From: Candidatus Omnitrophota bacterium
GTDB lineage: Bacteria; Omnitrophota; Omnitrophia; Omnitrophales; JACROU01
Direction: 5' to 3'
Assembly: GCA_029261035.1 (NCBI GenBank)
Contig: JAJDCD010000004.1
Coordinates: 4,765-68,764, forward strand
DNA: 64,000 bases
Shown one piece after another: positions 1-11,128 of the stretch (position 1 is the stretch's first letter; every line of letters starts with the position of its first letter). Under the pieces are notes generated by a model. That model did not search any database and had not been told where the DNA came from. It saw nothing but the letters and a program-made list of their open reading frames with translations. Position numbers and translations under genes: made by a program.

Positions 1-71
1 TTTACTCCAAGTCTCTGTGCGTTAGAGTCACGGCCGTTCTGAACACTACCCTGACCTTTTTTATGTGCCAT
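1..71 (-). CDS. rpmA: 50S ribosomal protein L27 (N-terminal part; gene continues past window start)
   Basis: Reverse-strand translation from ATG at 69-71 reads [24 protein letters not shown], the canonical L27 N-terminus; lies downstream of rplU as in the rplU-rpmA operon. Confidence 0.8.
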   Translation of the reverse strand, partial: MAHKKGQGSVQNGRDSNAQRLGV

Positions 72-135
72 AACCACTCCTCGAATTTGATTGATCTCAC
101 ATGATTCCGTGGGCTTCAAATCAAATCATTTTATT

Positions 136-187
136 TGGTACCCATAAGTTGGGTACCGAGTGTGCCGGGTCTTTAGACCTGGCATAC
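136..187. repeat. ~55-bp double-hairpin palindromic repeat unit (copy 1 of 2 in window)
   Basis: tttggtacccataagttgggtaccgagtgtgccgggtctttagacctggcataca; near-identical copy at 46085-46138; two adjacent stem-loops (ggtaccca/tgggtacc and gtgccgggtct/agacctggca). Confidence 0.75.
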
Positions 188-249
188 ATATAAGTGTTAT
201 TTTCCAAGCTATTACTACAACTCAAATCAATGATATAAAACGATACTAT

Positions 250-564
250 TTATGCTACGATTTCTTTAACTTTAATTTCTGTAAGATCTGCTCGAAAACC
301 TCTTTTAACTTTAGTATCTTTTCTTTTCTTAAATTTAAATGCAATTTTTTTCTTTCCTCGCATATGACGAATCACTTCACAAACTACTTTCGCCCCTTTA
401 ACTTCAGGTTGTCCCACTTGAGGGGAACCATCTTTGTTTACGAGTAATACCTTATCAACAACGAGCTCATCTCCTGGTTTAGAAGACTCTAATCGGTCAA
501 TAGATAAGATCACATCATTTTCTACTAAAAATTGTTTATTTCTAAATTCGATTACTGCGTACAC
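250..564 (-). CDS. rplU: 50S ribosomal protein L21
   Basis: 104 aa, MYAVIEFRNKQFLVENDV.. typical L21 N-terminus and length; upstream of rpmA. Confidence 0.9.
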   Translation of the reverse strand: MYAVIEFRNKQFLVENDVILSIDRLESSKPGDELVVDKVLLVNKDGSPQVGQPEVKGAKVVCEVIRHMRGKKKIAFKFKKRKDTKVKRGFRADLTEIKVKEIVA

Positions 565-597
565 GGCAATTTCCTTCCTTTTCCAATAAAGCGGCAG

Positions 598-626
598 ATT
601 TTAGGTAAAATCGTGGTACATGTCAA
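598..626 (-). promoter_or_regulatory. sigma70-like promoter for rplU-rpmA (TTGACA-N17-TAAAAT on minus strand)
   Basis: Reverse complement of 598-626 reads TTGACAtgtaccacgattttaccTAAAAT, placed ~35 nt upstream of rplU start. Confidence 0.55.
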
Positions 627-671
627 CAATTTTACACCTTCACTCTATTAGCTTATTAGCTTTTAATTTCC

Positions 672-1244
672 TTAGATCTCTCTAATATCCTTTTCCTTCT
701 GCTCCAGAAGACTCTCTACATCTTTCACAAATTGATCTGTAACTTTCTGGATATCCTTCTGAGAGTCAAACAAATCGTCTTCTGTAATTTCTTTAGCTGA
801 CTCAAGCTTCTTACAAGCATCAATACCTTCGTGCCTTGCAGCTCTTAAAGAAATTTTTCCTTCTTCAGCTACCTTTTTAATTAACTTAGACAACTCATTT
901 CTTCTTTCATCCGTAAGTTGCGGAACTGATATTCTAATTACTTTTCCATCAACAATTGGGTTTAAACCCAAATCTGACTTCTGAATCCCTTTTTCTATCT
1001 CTCCCAAAGCTCCGGCATCCCAAGGCTGAATTAAAACCGTTTTAGGATCTGGAATAGAAAGATTTGCTAAATTTTTAATTGGTGTAGACGTTCCGTAATA
1101 ATCAACTGTAATTCCTTCAACAATTGCAACGTTGGCTCTTCCTGTTCTTAAAGAGCTAAAATCTTTCTTAACTGCCTCTACAGATTTGTTCATTCTAGAT
1201 TCTACTTCATTTAACACATCTTGAACTGTTTTAACATCTTCCAT
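672..1244 (-). CDS. frr: ribosome recycling factor
   Basis: 190 aa; conserved RRF sequence (RTGRANVAIVEGITVDYYG..., PIKNLANLSIPDP..LIQPWD); downstream of pyrH as in the conserved rpsB-tsf-pyrH-frr cluster. Confidence 0.9.
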   Translation of the reverse strand: MEDVKTVQDVLNEVESRMNKSVEAVKKDFSSLRTGRANVAIVEGITVDYYGTSTPIKNLANLSIPDPKTVLIQPWDAGALGEIEKGIQKSDLGLNPIVDGKVIRISVPQLTDERRNELSKLIKKVAEEGKISLRAARHEGIDACKKLESAKEITEDDLFDSQKDIQKVTDQFVKDVESLLEQKEKDIREI

Positions 1245-1259
1245 TGAACGGCTCTCTTT

Positions 1260-2036
<777 letters not shown>

Positions 2037-2630
2037 CTATTCAGCGCCTAGCTCAAAACGAGCAAAGCGACGAACAATTATATTTTCGCCAATCTTAGCA
2101 ACAATTTCAGTTACCATTTCTTTAATGGTTTTACTGTCATCTTTAATATACTTCTGATTCAGCAAGCATATTTCTTCGTATTTCTTTTCGATCTTACCTT
2201 GCAAAATTTTCTCTATGACTTCTTCTGGTTTTCCTTGGACCTGAGCTCGAAGAATCTCTTTTTCCTTTTCAATAAACTCTTGCGGAACTTCATCAGATGA
2301 AACATATTGAGGGTTTGTAGCTGCAATCTGCATTGCTACTTCTTTAACAAAAGAAGCAAAATCTTCCGTCCTCGCAACAAAGTCCGTTTCACAATTCACT
2401 TCAAGCAAAACACCTATCTTCCCACCCATGTGGATATAAGAGGTAACAAGCCCATCATTAGCTGCTCGACCCGATTTCTTGGTCGCCTTGTCCATTCCCT
2501 TTTTTCTTAAAAACTCTATCGCTTTATCTAGATCTCCATTAGATTCTGACAAAGCCTGCTTGCAGTCCATAATACCTGCACTCGTTCTTTCTCTTAATTC
2601 TTTAATTGTCTCTGAAGTTACTGCACTCAT
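2037..2630 (-). CDS. tsf: elongation factor Ts (short form)
   Basis: N-terminal UBA-like TIKELRERTSAGIMDCKQAL motif of EF-Ts; follows rpsB. Confidence 0.85.
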   Translation of the reverse strand: MSAVTSETIKELRERTSAGIMDCKQALSESNGDLDKAIEFLRKKGMDKATKKSGRAANDGLVTSYIHMGGKIGVLLEVNCETDFVARTEDFASFVKEVAMQIAATNPQYVSSDEVPQEFIEKEKEILRAQVQGKPEEVIEKILQGKIEKKYEEICLLNQKYIKDDSKTIKEMVTEIVAKIGENIIVRRFARFELGAE

Positions 2631-2645
2631 AGCTAGTTACCGTCC

Positions 2646-3494
2646 TTAAGATTTAGTTGTTGAAGCAGCTTCAGAATCAGAGGATTTTTTATCCTCACCT
2701 TTTACGGGTTCTTTGGATTCTTCTATAACTTCTTCAGATACTGGTTCTGGTTTTTCTGATTCAGGAGTTGGTGAAGTTCTGTCGAACGTTTTTCTTCCTT
2801 CTAGAACAACCTCACTCATGACATGACAAAATAATTTCACAGCACGAATCGCATCATCATTGGCTGGAATTGGAAAATCAATTGGATCTGGGTCACAATT
2901 TGTGTCTACAAGAGCTATTACTGGAATTTTCAACCTATTCGCTTCTTTAACAGCAATCTCTTCTTTTTTAGGATCAATCACGAAAACAGCTGACGGAGTA
3001 CGGTTCATATTTCTAACACCCGCTAAGTTCTTGTTCAGCTTTTCTCTTTCTTTCTTAAGCTGAAGAACTTCTTTCTTCGTAATAAAATCATATGTGCCTT
3101 CTCTTTCCATCTTATCTAATTCATCCAGACGAGAAATGCTCTTCCTCACGGTAGAGAAATTGGTCAACATCCCACCCAACCAACGTTCGTTCACGTAAGG
3201 CATACTGCATTTTTCGGCAGATTCTCTTATAGGGTCTTTCGCTTGTTTCTTAGTCCCTACGAACAAAACTTCTTGACCATCACTTGCAACAGACAATAAA
3301 AAATCACACGCTTTTTTAAAGCTAACCAATGTCTTTTCTAGGTCAATAATATAAATGCCATTTTTTTCTCCAAAAATAAACTTAGACATTTTTGGATTCC
3401 ATCTTTTAGTCTGATGGCCAAAATGGACACCTGCTTCTAATAATTGTTTTAAATTTAGCTGAGCCAATGAATTCTTTCCTCCTGTGTTATGCAC
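2646..3494 (-). CDS. rpsB: 30S ribosomal protein S2 with acidic C-terminal extension
   Basis: [20 protein letters not shown]2 signature; 282 aa with E/S/K-rich tail. Confidence 0.9.
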   Translation of the reverse strand: MHNTGGKNSLAQLNLKQLLEAGVHFGHQTKRWNPKMSKFIFGEKNGIYIIDLEKTLVSFKKACDFLLSVASDGQEVLFVGTKKQAKDPIRESAEKCSMPYVNERWLGGMLTNFSTVRKSISRLDELDKMEREGTYDFITKKEVLQLKKEREKLNKNLAGVRNMNRTPSAVFVIDPKKEEIAVKEANRLKIPVIALVDTNCDPDPIDFPIPANDDAIRAVKLFCHVMSEVVLEGRKTFDRTSPTPESEKPEPVSEEVIEESKEPVKGEDKKSSDSEAASTTKS

Positions 3495-3643
3495 ACTTTT
3501 TACTTATGACAAATTGGCCGGTTATTATACTAAATTAAAGGTATTCGGCAAGTATTTTTTAACTAGGGTTTTGATATCACGAGCTTAGATTTGATTTATA
3601 CCTAATTAGCCTATAGAACACTCTTTGGTAGGGAGTCGAAAGT

Positions 3644-4030
3644 AAAGGTGGAATGCGAATAAGCCGGATTCTGTCATCTTAGGGATATTTCCCTAAGAAG
3701 AGTTATCATTTATCTAGGGTTTCCCTCTCAAGAAACCTCATACGGCCAACCCGAAGCTCATAACGGAATGGGTCATTCCTCGCTCCCTATTGGGCCTTTC
3801 TTCAGGCGGGGTTTACCAAGCAGACCTCATCACTAAGGCCTCTGGTGGTCTCTTACACCACCTTTTCACCCTTACCTTGACGAATCAAGGCGGTTTATTT
3901 TCTGTGGCACTTTCCGTCTATTCTAAAAGAATAGCCTGGGAGTTACCCAGCGCCACACCCTGCGAAGCCCGGACTTTCCTCATCCTTGAACAAATTCAAG
4001 AACGCGATAACTACTGCATTCCACCTAGAA
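3644..4030 (-). ncRNA. rnpB: RNase P RNA (bacterial type A)
   Basis: Minus strand carries GGAAAGTCCGGGCTTCGCAGGGTG (P4 5-prime strand, complement of ~3961-3985) and ACAGAATCCGGCTTA (P4 3-prime strand, complement of 3657-3675); terminal P1 pairing GGTGGAATGC (4017-4026) with GCATTCCACC (3648-3657); length ~385 nt; lies in a 600-bp region with no credible CDS. Confidence 0.8.
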
Positions 4031-4100
4031 CTCAATTCCAATGAACGTTTCACATTGGGAATCCCCTTATTTCCCTTACACTACAATTAAACACAATCCT

Positions 4101-5198
4101 CTAACTTCTCACAACCTTAAAAATCAAAAAAGACCCAATAGAGCCCAAAACTATATTGGGCAACCATAAAGCTATCGCAGGAGGTACTACGCCTCCAATA
4201 GCAAGCGTATCTGTCCAAACGAAAAAGACGTAATAGATACAAATCAACCCCAAGGCAATGCTAAAACTAATTATAGGCTCACCTCTTCGAGTTATAATCG
4301 CCAGAGGGAGGCCTAAAAGAATAAAAATAATGGGTGCCATGGATATAGAAATCTTTTTGTAAAGCTCTGACTCTATCTTAAGCCTTCCCTTTTCTTCTTT
4401 AACGTTAGGTAGCTTCAACATCAATTCATCCAAACTCATATCTTTTTCCTTTTTATTCACCTTCCCATTTTGAGGTTGGTTATTGCCGGTAAAAAGAGGG
4501 GGTAACTCAAATGTTTCAAAATCTAATTTATAAAAAACATTGGGATCATCTGGGTTTCCTTCATCAATTGTTCCATCGTAAAGCTTTAAGCTCAACATTC
4601 TTTCTTCCGGTGAAGAAAGAATCTCTCCTCTGTCTGCAAGTATCGTTCTAATTGGCTTATCCCCTTCAGATTGATAAATGGTAATTCCCTTTAGATTCTC
4701 ACCATCAATTTCCTGAATTAAAATCACATAACCTTTAAATTCTTTAATAAATCTCCCCGCTTCCAAATAAGCAAGTGGTTTGTTTAAAAACATATTTTTT
4801 ACTTGCTCTCTATATTCATGCCTTGTTTTTGAAATGAGATGATCATTAATAAACAAAGACACAAAACTAAGCAGAACCCCAACAAGAAGGGTCGGTATCA
4901 TAACTCGAAAAATATTAATCCCACAGGCCTTCATCGCAATAACTTCGTTGGATTGCGCAAAACCACCATACACAAGCAGAACAGCCGTTAAGGCGCTCAT
5001 AGGCAAAGTAAAGCTAAGTAGTTTAGGCATTAACAGTAACAATAGTTTTGCAACATCAAAAATATTAACACCCTTATTTAATAAAAGGTCCGCTAACCTC
5101 ACCAAATTCCCCACCAAAAACATAAAGGTAAACACCCCTAAGGAAATCAAAAAAGGCAATATAAGCTGCTGCAATGTATATTTTCTTAAAATTTTCAT
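4101..5198 (-). CDS. LptF/LptG-family LPS export permease (YjgP/YjgQ)
   Basis: ~365 aa polytopic membrane protein; N-terminus MKILRKYTLQQLILPFLISLGVFTF and overall pattern typical of the LptF/LptG family; start chosen at the MKILRKY Met (ORF opens at 5261). Confidence 0.65.
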   Translation of the reverse strand: MKILRKYTLQQLILPFLISLGVFTFMFLVGNLVRLADLLLNKGVNIFDVAKLLLLLMPKLLSFTLPMSALTAVLLVYGGFAQSNEVIAMKACGINIFRVMIPTLLVGVLLSFVSLFINDHLISKTRHEYREQVKNMFLNKPLAYLEAGRFIKEFKGYVILIQEIDGENLKGITIYQSEGDKPIRTILADRGEILSSPEERMLSLKLYDGTIDEGNPDDPNVFYKLDFETFELPPLFTGNNQPQNGKVNKKEKDMSLDELMLKLPNVKEEKGRLKIESELYKKISISMAPIIFILLGLPLAIITRRGEPIISFSIALGLICIYYVFFVWTDTLAIGGVVPPAIALWLPNIVLGSIGSFLIFKVVRS

Positions 5199-5339
5199 AA
5201 ATAATTCCGTCTCATAGACATCCATCTTAGTCCAAAATGAAGAGCTTAGTATATCACACAAACAAAAAGCTCGAATACTTCTAAAATAGGGTCAAAGTTA
5301 TAGAAATGATATTTAAAACGGTAAAAACTGGAATGAAAA

Positions 5340-5374
5340 GGGGTATCCAGAACGAGAATAAATCCTCGTTCTGG
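5340..5374 (-). terminator. stem-loop downstream of rpoD (possible rho-independent terminator)
   Basis: Perfect 10-bp stem ccagaacgag/ctcgttctgg (5347-5374) with an 8-nt loop, 10 nt after the rpoD stop; moderately U-rich tail on minus strand. Confidence 0.45.
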
Positions 5375-5383
5375 AAAAAGGAA

Positions 5384-7225
5384 TTACTCGCTGAGACGAA
5401 TATCTAAAAAGCTCTTAAGCTTTCTAGATCGGGTTGGGTGACGCAATTTACGAAGCGCTTTTGCTTCAATCTGACGAACCCGTTCTCGAGTAACATTAAA
5501 AATTTTACCAACTTCCTCAAGAGTTCTAGGATAACCATCTCCGATCCCGAATCGAAGCCGTAAGACTTTCTCTTCTCTTTCAGTCAAAGATTCAAGAACA
5601 TCATCCATTTGCTCTTTTAACATAGAATAAGCGGTTGCATTCGCAGGAGAAATCGCAGACTTATCTTCAATGAAGTCACCAAAATTCGTGTCTCCTTCAT
5701 CCCCAATAGGGGTCTGAAGACTAATCGGTTCCTGAGCGATCTTCAAGATACCTTTTACTTTTTCAATAGGCATCTTCATCACTTTCGCCACTTCTTCAGG
5801 AGTTGGTTCCCGTCCTGTTTCTTGAACTAAATGACGAGACGCACGATAAAACTTATTAATGGTCTCAATCATATGTACAGGAATACGAATCGTTCTCGCC
5901 TGATCCGCAATACTTCGCGTAATAGCTTGTCTAATCCACCAAGTAGCATAAGTTGAGAATTTATATCCTCTTTTATACTCAAACTTATCCACGGCCTTCA
6001 TCAAACCAATATTCCCTTCTTGAATCAAATCCAAAAAGGTTAAACCGCGATTGGTATACTTCTTGGCTATACTAACAACCAAACGAAGGTTGGCAGCAAC
6101 AAGATCTTTTTTAGCTAAGATCAATTCTTTCTGGCATTTCGAAACTCCTTTTAAATGAGTCACGATAGCCGCTTCATCCTCAGCTAAATATTCTTGTAGT
6201 TCCTTAACACTTTCTTTTACTTCAGCTAATCGTTTTTTCTGCTCTTTATCTTTACTCGCCTTAAGCTTAGCAGCCTCTTTCTTTCGAGCTCGCAGTAATT
6301 CTAGCTTAGAACGAATATCAATAACTGTTTTTTCAACGATATCAATTTGAATTTTAAACTGCATTAAAAGATCAACTAGGTTAGCTCCTTTTTTACTAGC
6401 TTTTAATTTACGAGTTAAACTTTTCATCTTCTTGCTAGTAACAGGGTTGGTTTGTGTAATATCACCATCAACGACACTTTCCAAGGTAATCTCGCCCTTT
6501 GAAATTCTATTCGCAATATCAAGAAGCACCTGCCTTGACACAGCTGCTTTATAAACGGAAATCTTCACTTTATCTTCAGCCTCTTCAATACGCTTAGCTA
6601 ATCTAATTTCTTCTTCACGACTCAAAAGAGGAATCTGCCCCATCTGTCTTAAATACATACGAACAGGGTCATCCATCTTAGCTGCACGCTCTAACTCACC
6701 GGCTGCTTCAATACCATCTCCCTTAGATTCTTTAGAGTCAGCAGCAGCTCCCGCTACGGGCTTTTGACCTGGTTTACCTGCAGGACGGTCCGTTAGTTCA
6801 ATTTGTTGACTCGCAAGCAAAGTCACCACATCTTCAATCTTATTAACAGAATTCACAGCCCCTGGTAAAAAATCATTGATTTGCTCATAGGTCATATAAC
6901 CTTGTTTTTTACCTACCGCCAAGAGTTTCGAAAGAGATTTTTCATAATCATTCTCACTATACTTCCCTTGGTGTTTTTTCTTATCTTGTTTTTTGTCTAC
7001 CTTAGATTCTTTTACTTTTTTAGACGAAGAAACTTTTTTAATAGGTTTTTTAGTCTTAAGCGTTTTTTTAGAAGCTTTTTTAGTTGCAGTTTTTTTAACT
7101 GCCTTTTTTTTAGGCTTCTTACTAGACGCAGACTTAGGCTTAGACTTAGCGACTACTTTCTTCTTAGCCTTTTTCACAACTTTCTTTTTCGAAGTTTTAG
7201 ATTTCGTTTTCTTGTTTTTTTTCAT
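5384..7225 (-). CDS. rpoD: RNA polymerase sigma-70 factor RpoD with lysine-rich histone-H1-like N-terminal extension
   Basis: Regions 1.2-4 conserved ([69 protein letters not shown]); first ~110 aa are K/A/S-rich ([22 protein letters not shown]...); downstream of dnaG as in the dnaG-rpoD operon. Confidence 0.9.
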   Translation of the reverse strand: MKKNKKTKSKTSKKKVVKKAKKKVVAKSKPKSASSKKPKKKAVKKTATKKASKKTLKTKKPIKKVSSSKKVKESKVDKKQDKKKHQGKYSENDYEKSLSKLLAVGKKQGYMTYEQINDFLPGAVNSVNKIEDVVTLLASQQIELTDRPAGKPGQKPVAGAAADSKESKGDGIEAAGELERAAKMDDPVRMYLRQMGQIPLLSREEEIRLAKRIEEAEDKVKISVYKAAVSRQVLLDIANRISKGEITLESVVDGDITQTNPVTSKKMKSLTRKLKASKKGANLVDLLMQFKIQIDIVEKTVIDIRSKLELLRARKKEAAKLKASKDKEQKKRLAEVKESVKELQEYLAEDEAAIVTHLKGVSKCQKELILAKKDLVAANLRLVVSIAKKYTNRGLTFLDLIQEGNIGLMKAVDKFEYKRGYKFSTYATWWIRQAITRSIADQARTIRIPVHMIETINKFYRASRHLVQETGREPTPEEVAKVMKMPIEKVKGILKIAQEPISLQTPIGDEGDTNFGDFIEDKSAISPANATAYSMLKEQMDDVLESLTEREEKVLRLRFGIGDGYPRTLEEVGKIFNVTRERVRQIEAKALRKLRHPTRSRKLKSFLDIRLSE

Positions 7226-7318
7226 TAGAGAACGCTCTCCTTATAAATTTATACTCTTACCGCTAAAGCCAAACGCTTCAAAGGTATTTCTCTATTACAA
7301 CTTCATTACAAAAAACAA

Positions 7319-9115
7319 CTAAGCAACTACTTTTCTCTCAGATAACAATGTTTGATAAAGCTTCATATATTTTGAGGCTTCGACTTTATTGCCGTTCGCC
7401 TCTGCTTGCTTCATCTTGGACATCAAATCTTTTAGTTTTATATCGTAATTACTCAACTGCGCTTTTTTTAAACAATCATGAAATGCTTTATGAACATCCT
7501 CTTCAGACATATCCATAAAGGACAAACTCACAAAATAAGATTTTTTCTTCTCATCTACTATCTGCGGAAGAATTTCATTTATAGAAACATTCCCGCCTTC
7601 ATCCATTTGTTTCTGTTTTAAAAAACGAAACACTTTTCTGGCTTCTAAATCAAAAAAGTCCAACTCATTAAGATGACTTAAAAGCGTTTCTTTGTACTCT
7701 TTATACTGCGTTACAAGCTGAAGTAATTGCCATTCATGCTGCACCAATGAAGTTTTTTCATTTTGAGAACCCTTAGAAACAGAAGCTGTCACATTAGGTG
7801 ACTTTTTTTGCTTAGCAATAAATTTCTTATACTCGTTTCTTAAAGATACTTCATCAACACTTATTTCATGGCTCAATCTTCTCAAATAACGATCTACCAA
7901 AACTGAATTCTTAACCTTCGACAACAATTCCAAAAACTCATTTGTTATTTTCACCAGACCTGTTGCATCGTTAACATCATGAACTTTTAACAGATAGGCT
8001 AATTTATAATCAAAAACATCTTTAGCTTCATTTAATAAATTTTGAAATGCCTCCCGTCCCTGTTCTTTCAAAAAATCGTCCGGGTCTTTCCCCGAAGGTA
8101 ATGACAACAACTTTACATTCATTCCTTCTTCTATCAAAACATCTATTCCGCGTAGACTCGCCGCTTCTCCAGCTTTGTCCCCATCATAAATTAATATTGC
8201 TTCATCCACATAACGCTTCAGCAAATAACAATGCTCTTTAGTCAGAGAAGTGCCTAAAGTTGCAATTGAATTTGTAAACTCATATTGCGTTAAAGATAAA
8301 ACATCTAAATAACCTTCAACAATAATCAGTTGAGCTTTATCCGTGCGTAGATTTTTTTTTGCTAAATCTAAACCATAAAAAATACTTCGTTTTTGAAATG
8401 TTTCCGTTTCCGGAGAATTTAAGTATTTAGGGTTTCCGTCATTACCCAGGATACGGCCTCCAAAAGCCACTACTTTTCCCTGCGTATTCAATATAGGAAA
8501 GATAACACGTTTTCTAAAAAGGTCAAATAATCTCCCTTTTTCACTCTTTCGTATTAAACCCGAATCCAATAAAAGGGCGTCCGAATAACCCTTTTTCCTT
8601 AAAAACTCATATAGTCCCTGCCAAGCATCCGTAGCATACCCAACCTTATACATATCAATTACTTGGGGTGAATAGTTTCTATCAAGCATATATTTTTGAG
8701 CCTGAGCCCCAAGCTGAGGGTCTTTATATACATTCTGATAATACTCTGCTGATAAACGACCTATTTCGTATAACTTCTCTTTTTTCCCAGTAGGAGCACC
8801 TCCAATCCTTCCCCCACCTTGCTTTCGATCTGGCAATACCATCTGAACTCGATTAGCCAGTTTTTGGAGTGCCTCGGGAAAGTTTAAATTCTCCACTTTC
8901 ATAACAAAACTAAAAACATCTCCTCCAGCATGACAACCAAAACAATGAAAAATCTGACGTTCAGGATTTACCACAAACGAAGCAGACCTTTCTTCATGAA
9001 AAGGGCAACAAGCTTTAAAGTTTCTTCCCGCTTTTTTTAAGGGTAAATACTCCGATATAATTTCCACAATATCATTACGTGATGCGACCTGATTAACAAT
9101 AGGGTCTAACGACAA
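7319..9115 (-). CDS. dnaG: DNA primase
   Basis: Zinc-ribbon CCPFHEERSASF, TOPRIM region (IIVEGYLDVLS, ILIYDGDKAGEAA); 598 aa. Confidence 0.9.
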   Translation of the reverse strand: MSLDPIVNQVASRNDIVEIISEYLPLKKAGRNFKACCPFHEERSASFVVNPERQIFHCFGCHAGGDVFSFVMKVENLNFPEALQKLANRVQMVLPDRKQGGGRIGGAPTGKKEKLYEIGRLSAEYYQNVYKDPQLGAQAQKYMLDRNYSPQVIDMYKVGYATDAWQGLYEFLRKKGYSDALLLDSGLIRKSEKGRLFDLFRKRVIFPILNTQGKVVAFGGRILGNDGNPKYLNSPETETFQKRSIFYGLDLAKKNLRTDKAQLIIVEGYLDVLSLTQYEFTNSIATLGTSLTKEHCYLLKRYVDEAILIYDGDKAGEAASLRGIDVLIEEGMNVKLLSLPSGKDPDDFLKEQGREAFQNLLNEAKDVFDYKLAYLLKVHDVNDATGLVKITNEFLELLSKVKNSVLVDRYLRRLSHEISVDEVSLRNEYKKFIAKQKKSPNVTASVSKGSQNEKTSLVQHEWQLLQLVTQYKEYKETLLSHLNELDFFDLEARKVFRFLKQKQMDEGGNVSINEILPQIVDEKKKSYFVSLSFMDMSEEDVHKAFHDCLKKAQLSNYDIKLKDLMSKMKQAEANGNKVEASKYMKLYQTLLSERKVVA

Positions 9116-9170
9116 CTTTTTTCTCCTCGATTACCTAAAACTCAAGATGCTCTTTTAAGGTTTTTGATTT

Positions 9171-9698
9171 TTATGTCACAATTATTTGAGGTTCCATTCG
9201 AATAGGCGGCAACTTAATAACCTTATTCACCTGTTTATATAAATTGGGAGCCAATGTTGAAATAAAAGGGCCTACCATTGAATTTTTTGAGTAAGACTTA
9301 CTAATAAAAGACATGTTCAATAATAACAATATAGTTGAAAATAAGGAAAAAATAACAACATACCGTCCAAAACCTAAAAGCAAACCACCTATCTTATCCA
9401 AAACATGTGCAAATCGAACTTCAGCTAATTGTCCTAATAAAAGTAATGCATAATAAAAAAAGATCGTACTAAAAGTAAGCAGTACAAAGAAAGCAACCGG
9501 CATGCCTAATCCTTGTGGTAAAAATGCATTTCGTTTAATCCAAATCCCCATAGGATCATAAAAATAGAATGCCACCATCAAAGCTCCTACCGTAGAAATG
9601 ACTTTCAACGTTTCTTTGGCTAATCCGTGACGGTACCCGGAAAACATCCCCAAAACAACAAATAGCATAAAAACCACATCAACCCAACCAACCTTCAT
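9171..9698 (-). CDS. cvpA: CvpA-family membrane protein
   Basis: 4-TM small membrane protein; MKVGWVDVVFMLFVVLGMFSGYRHGLAKE resembles CvpA N-terminus; ORF opens at 9752, start assigned to internal Met. Confidence 0.5.
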   Translation of the reverse strand: MKVGWVDVVFMLFVVLGMFSGYRHGLAKETLKVISTVGALMVAFYFYDPMGIWIKRNAFLPQGLGMPVAFFVLLTFSTIFFYYALLLLGQLAEVRFAHVLDKIGGLLLGFGRYVVIFSLFSTILLLLNMSFISKSYSKNSMVGPFISTLAPNLYKQVNKVIKLPPIRMEPQIIVT

Positions 9699-9783
9699 AG
9701 TTTCAATTGTTTCTGTAACATTTTGTGCTATCACTAAAAAAGCAAAGTCCATATCAGTTCCTTTACCGTTTTGAAAAAATTAA

Positions 9784-11124
9784 TTATGAAACAAGCTCTC
9801 CAAAAACACGATCTTTTCTATTCTCTTTAACTTCAACCCAAGCAAATTCCCCAACATTCACATCTTCAGCATTAAACTCCACCAAAATATAATTAGGGGT
9901 TCTCCCACGATAGAAAACCTCACCTGTCTCTTTCCGATCCACTTTTTCTTCTACCAAAACGTGAAGCCTTGTGTTTATTGTTCCATCCAAATATTCGGAT
10001 TGCCACCCTCTTCCTTCAGCCTGTAAAAACTTGATGCGTCTATCTGCTTCTGAATGTTCAATCGTATCTTCCATGCGAGCTGCTCGAGTTCCCTCTCGAG
10101 GGCTGTACGGAAAGGCATGAATTTTTAATGGCTTTAATTCATTTAAAAGCTCTATCGTATTTTGAAATTGCTCTTGCGTCTCCCCAGGGAAACCCGTCAT
10201 AACATCACAGGTCAAAGCAAAGAAATCAACTTTACGATTAATTTTATGGACCAATTCCTTATAAAATTTAGGGCCATAACGTCGATTCATATTTTTCAAG
10301 ACTTCTGCGTCTCCGCTCTGTAAAGCTATGTGCAAATGCGGGCAAAATTTAGGACTTTCTGCCATCAACTGAATGAGCTCATCTGAAACATCCGTAGGCT
10401 CAATAGAGGAAAGTCTTAGTCTTTCTAAACCAGAAACCTCTAACAACCTTCGACACAAAGAAGCCAACGATTCCGAATCACCCAAACCATCTCCATAAGC
10501 CCCCAACTGAATCCCCGCTAATACAACTTCTTTAAAACCTGCTCTAACTAAAGTCTCAGCCTCCTCAACCACTTCATCAAATCTTCGACTCCGTGCACGA
10601 CCTCGAACTATCACCACTTTACAAAAAGCACAAGCGTGATTACATCCATCCTGAATTTTAACAAAGGCACGTGCTCGCCCTTCAAAAGAAGATACGGACA
10701 AATCAGAATAACGATCCCTTCCATGCATCTTATCTTCCTCTTGACCTCGACATTGAGAAAACTCCGAGTTCTCAATATCAAAATGCAGCAACGCTTTCTC
10801 AACAATCAAATCTTTTTCATTTTGTCTTAAAACTTCAGTAACACCTTCAATTTCTAAAATTTCTTCCACATTTCTCTCAGCATAACACCCTGTCACAATA
10901 ATCTTAGTCTCAGGATTCACACGATGCATTTTTCGAATTAAGTATCTACTCTTACGATCACTTTCAGCTGTCACCGTACAGGTATTTAAAACAAATAGAT
11001 CGGCTTCGTCTAAATTTTTAGTCTCCACAAAACCGGACTTAAAGAGTTTTTCTCTCATAGCCTGCGTTTCATATTGATTCACTCTACAACCCAACGTTTG
11101 AAATTTTACTTTTTTAAGCTTCAT
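9784..11124 (-). CDS. MiaB/RimO/MtaB-family radical-SAM tRNA methylthiotransferase
   Basis: N-terminal MTTase domain (KFQTLGCRVNQYETQAM), radical SAM CxxxCxxC (DGCNHACAFC), C-terminal TRAM-like region; start at MKLKKVKF avoids overlap with rsmE. Confidence 0.8.
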   Translation of the reverse strand: MKLKKVKFQTLGCRVNQYETQAMREKLFKSGFVETKNLDEADLFVLNTCTVTAESDRKSRYLIRKMHRVNPETKIIVTGCYAERNVEEILEIEGVTEVLRQNEKDLIVEKALLHFDIENSEFSQCRGQEEDKMHGRDRYSDLSVSSFEGRARAFVKIQDGCNHACAFCKVVIVRGRARSRRFDEVVEEAETLVRAGFKEVVLAGIQLGAYGDGLGDSESLASLCRRLLEVSGLERLRLSSIEPTDVSDELIQLMAESPKFCPHLHIALQSGDAEVLKNMNRRYGPKFYKELVHKINRKVDFFALTCDVMTGFPGETQEQFQNTIELLNELKPLKIHAFPYSPREGTRAARMEDTIEHSEADRRIKFLQAEGRGWQSEYLDGTINTRLHVLVEEKVDRKETGEVFYRGRTPNYILVEFNAEDVNVGEFAWVEVKENRKDRVFGELVS

Positions 11125-11128
11125 TTTC

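Noticed and set aside
3790-4044. 84-aa plus-strand ORF
   Set aside because: Lies entirely within the region that encodes RNase P RNA on the opposite strand; no RBS or conservation signal.
6881-7322. Plus-strand ORFs 6881..7228 and 6993..7322 (F/L/R-rich)
   Set aside because: Antisense to the lysine-rich (AAG/AAA-rich) part of rpoD; low-complexity mirror translation.
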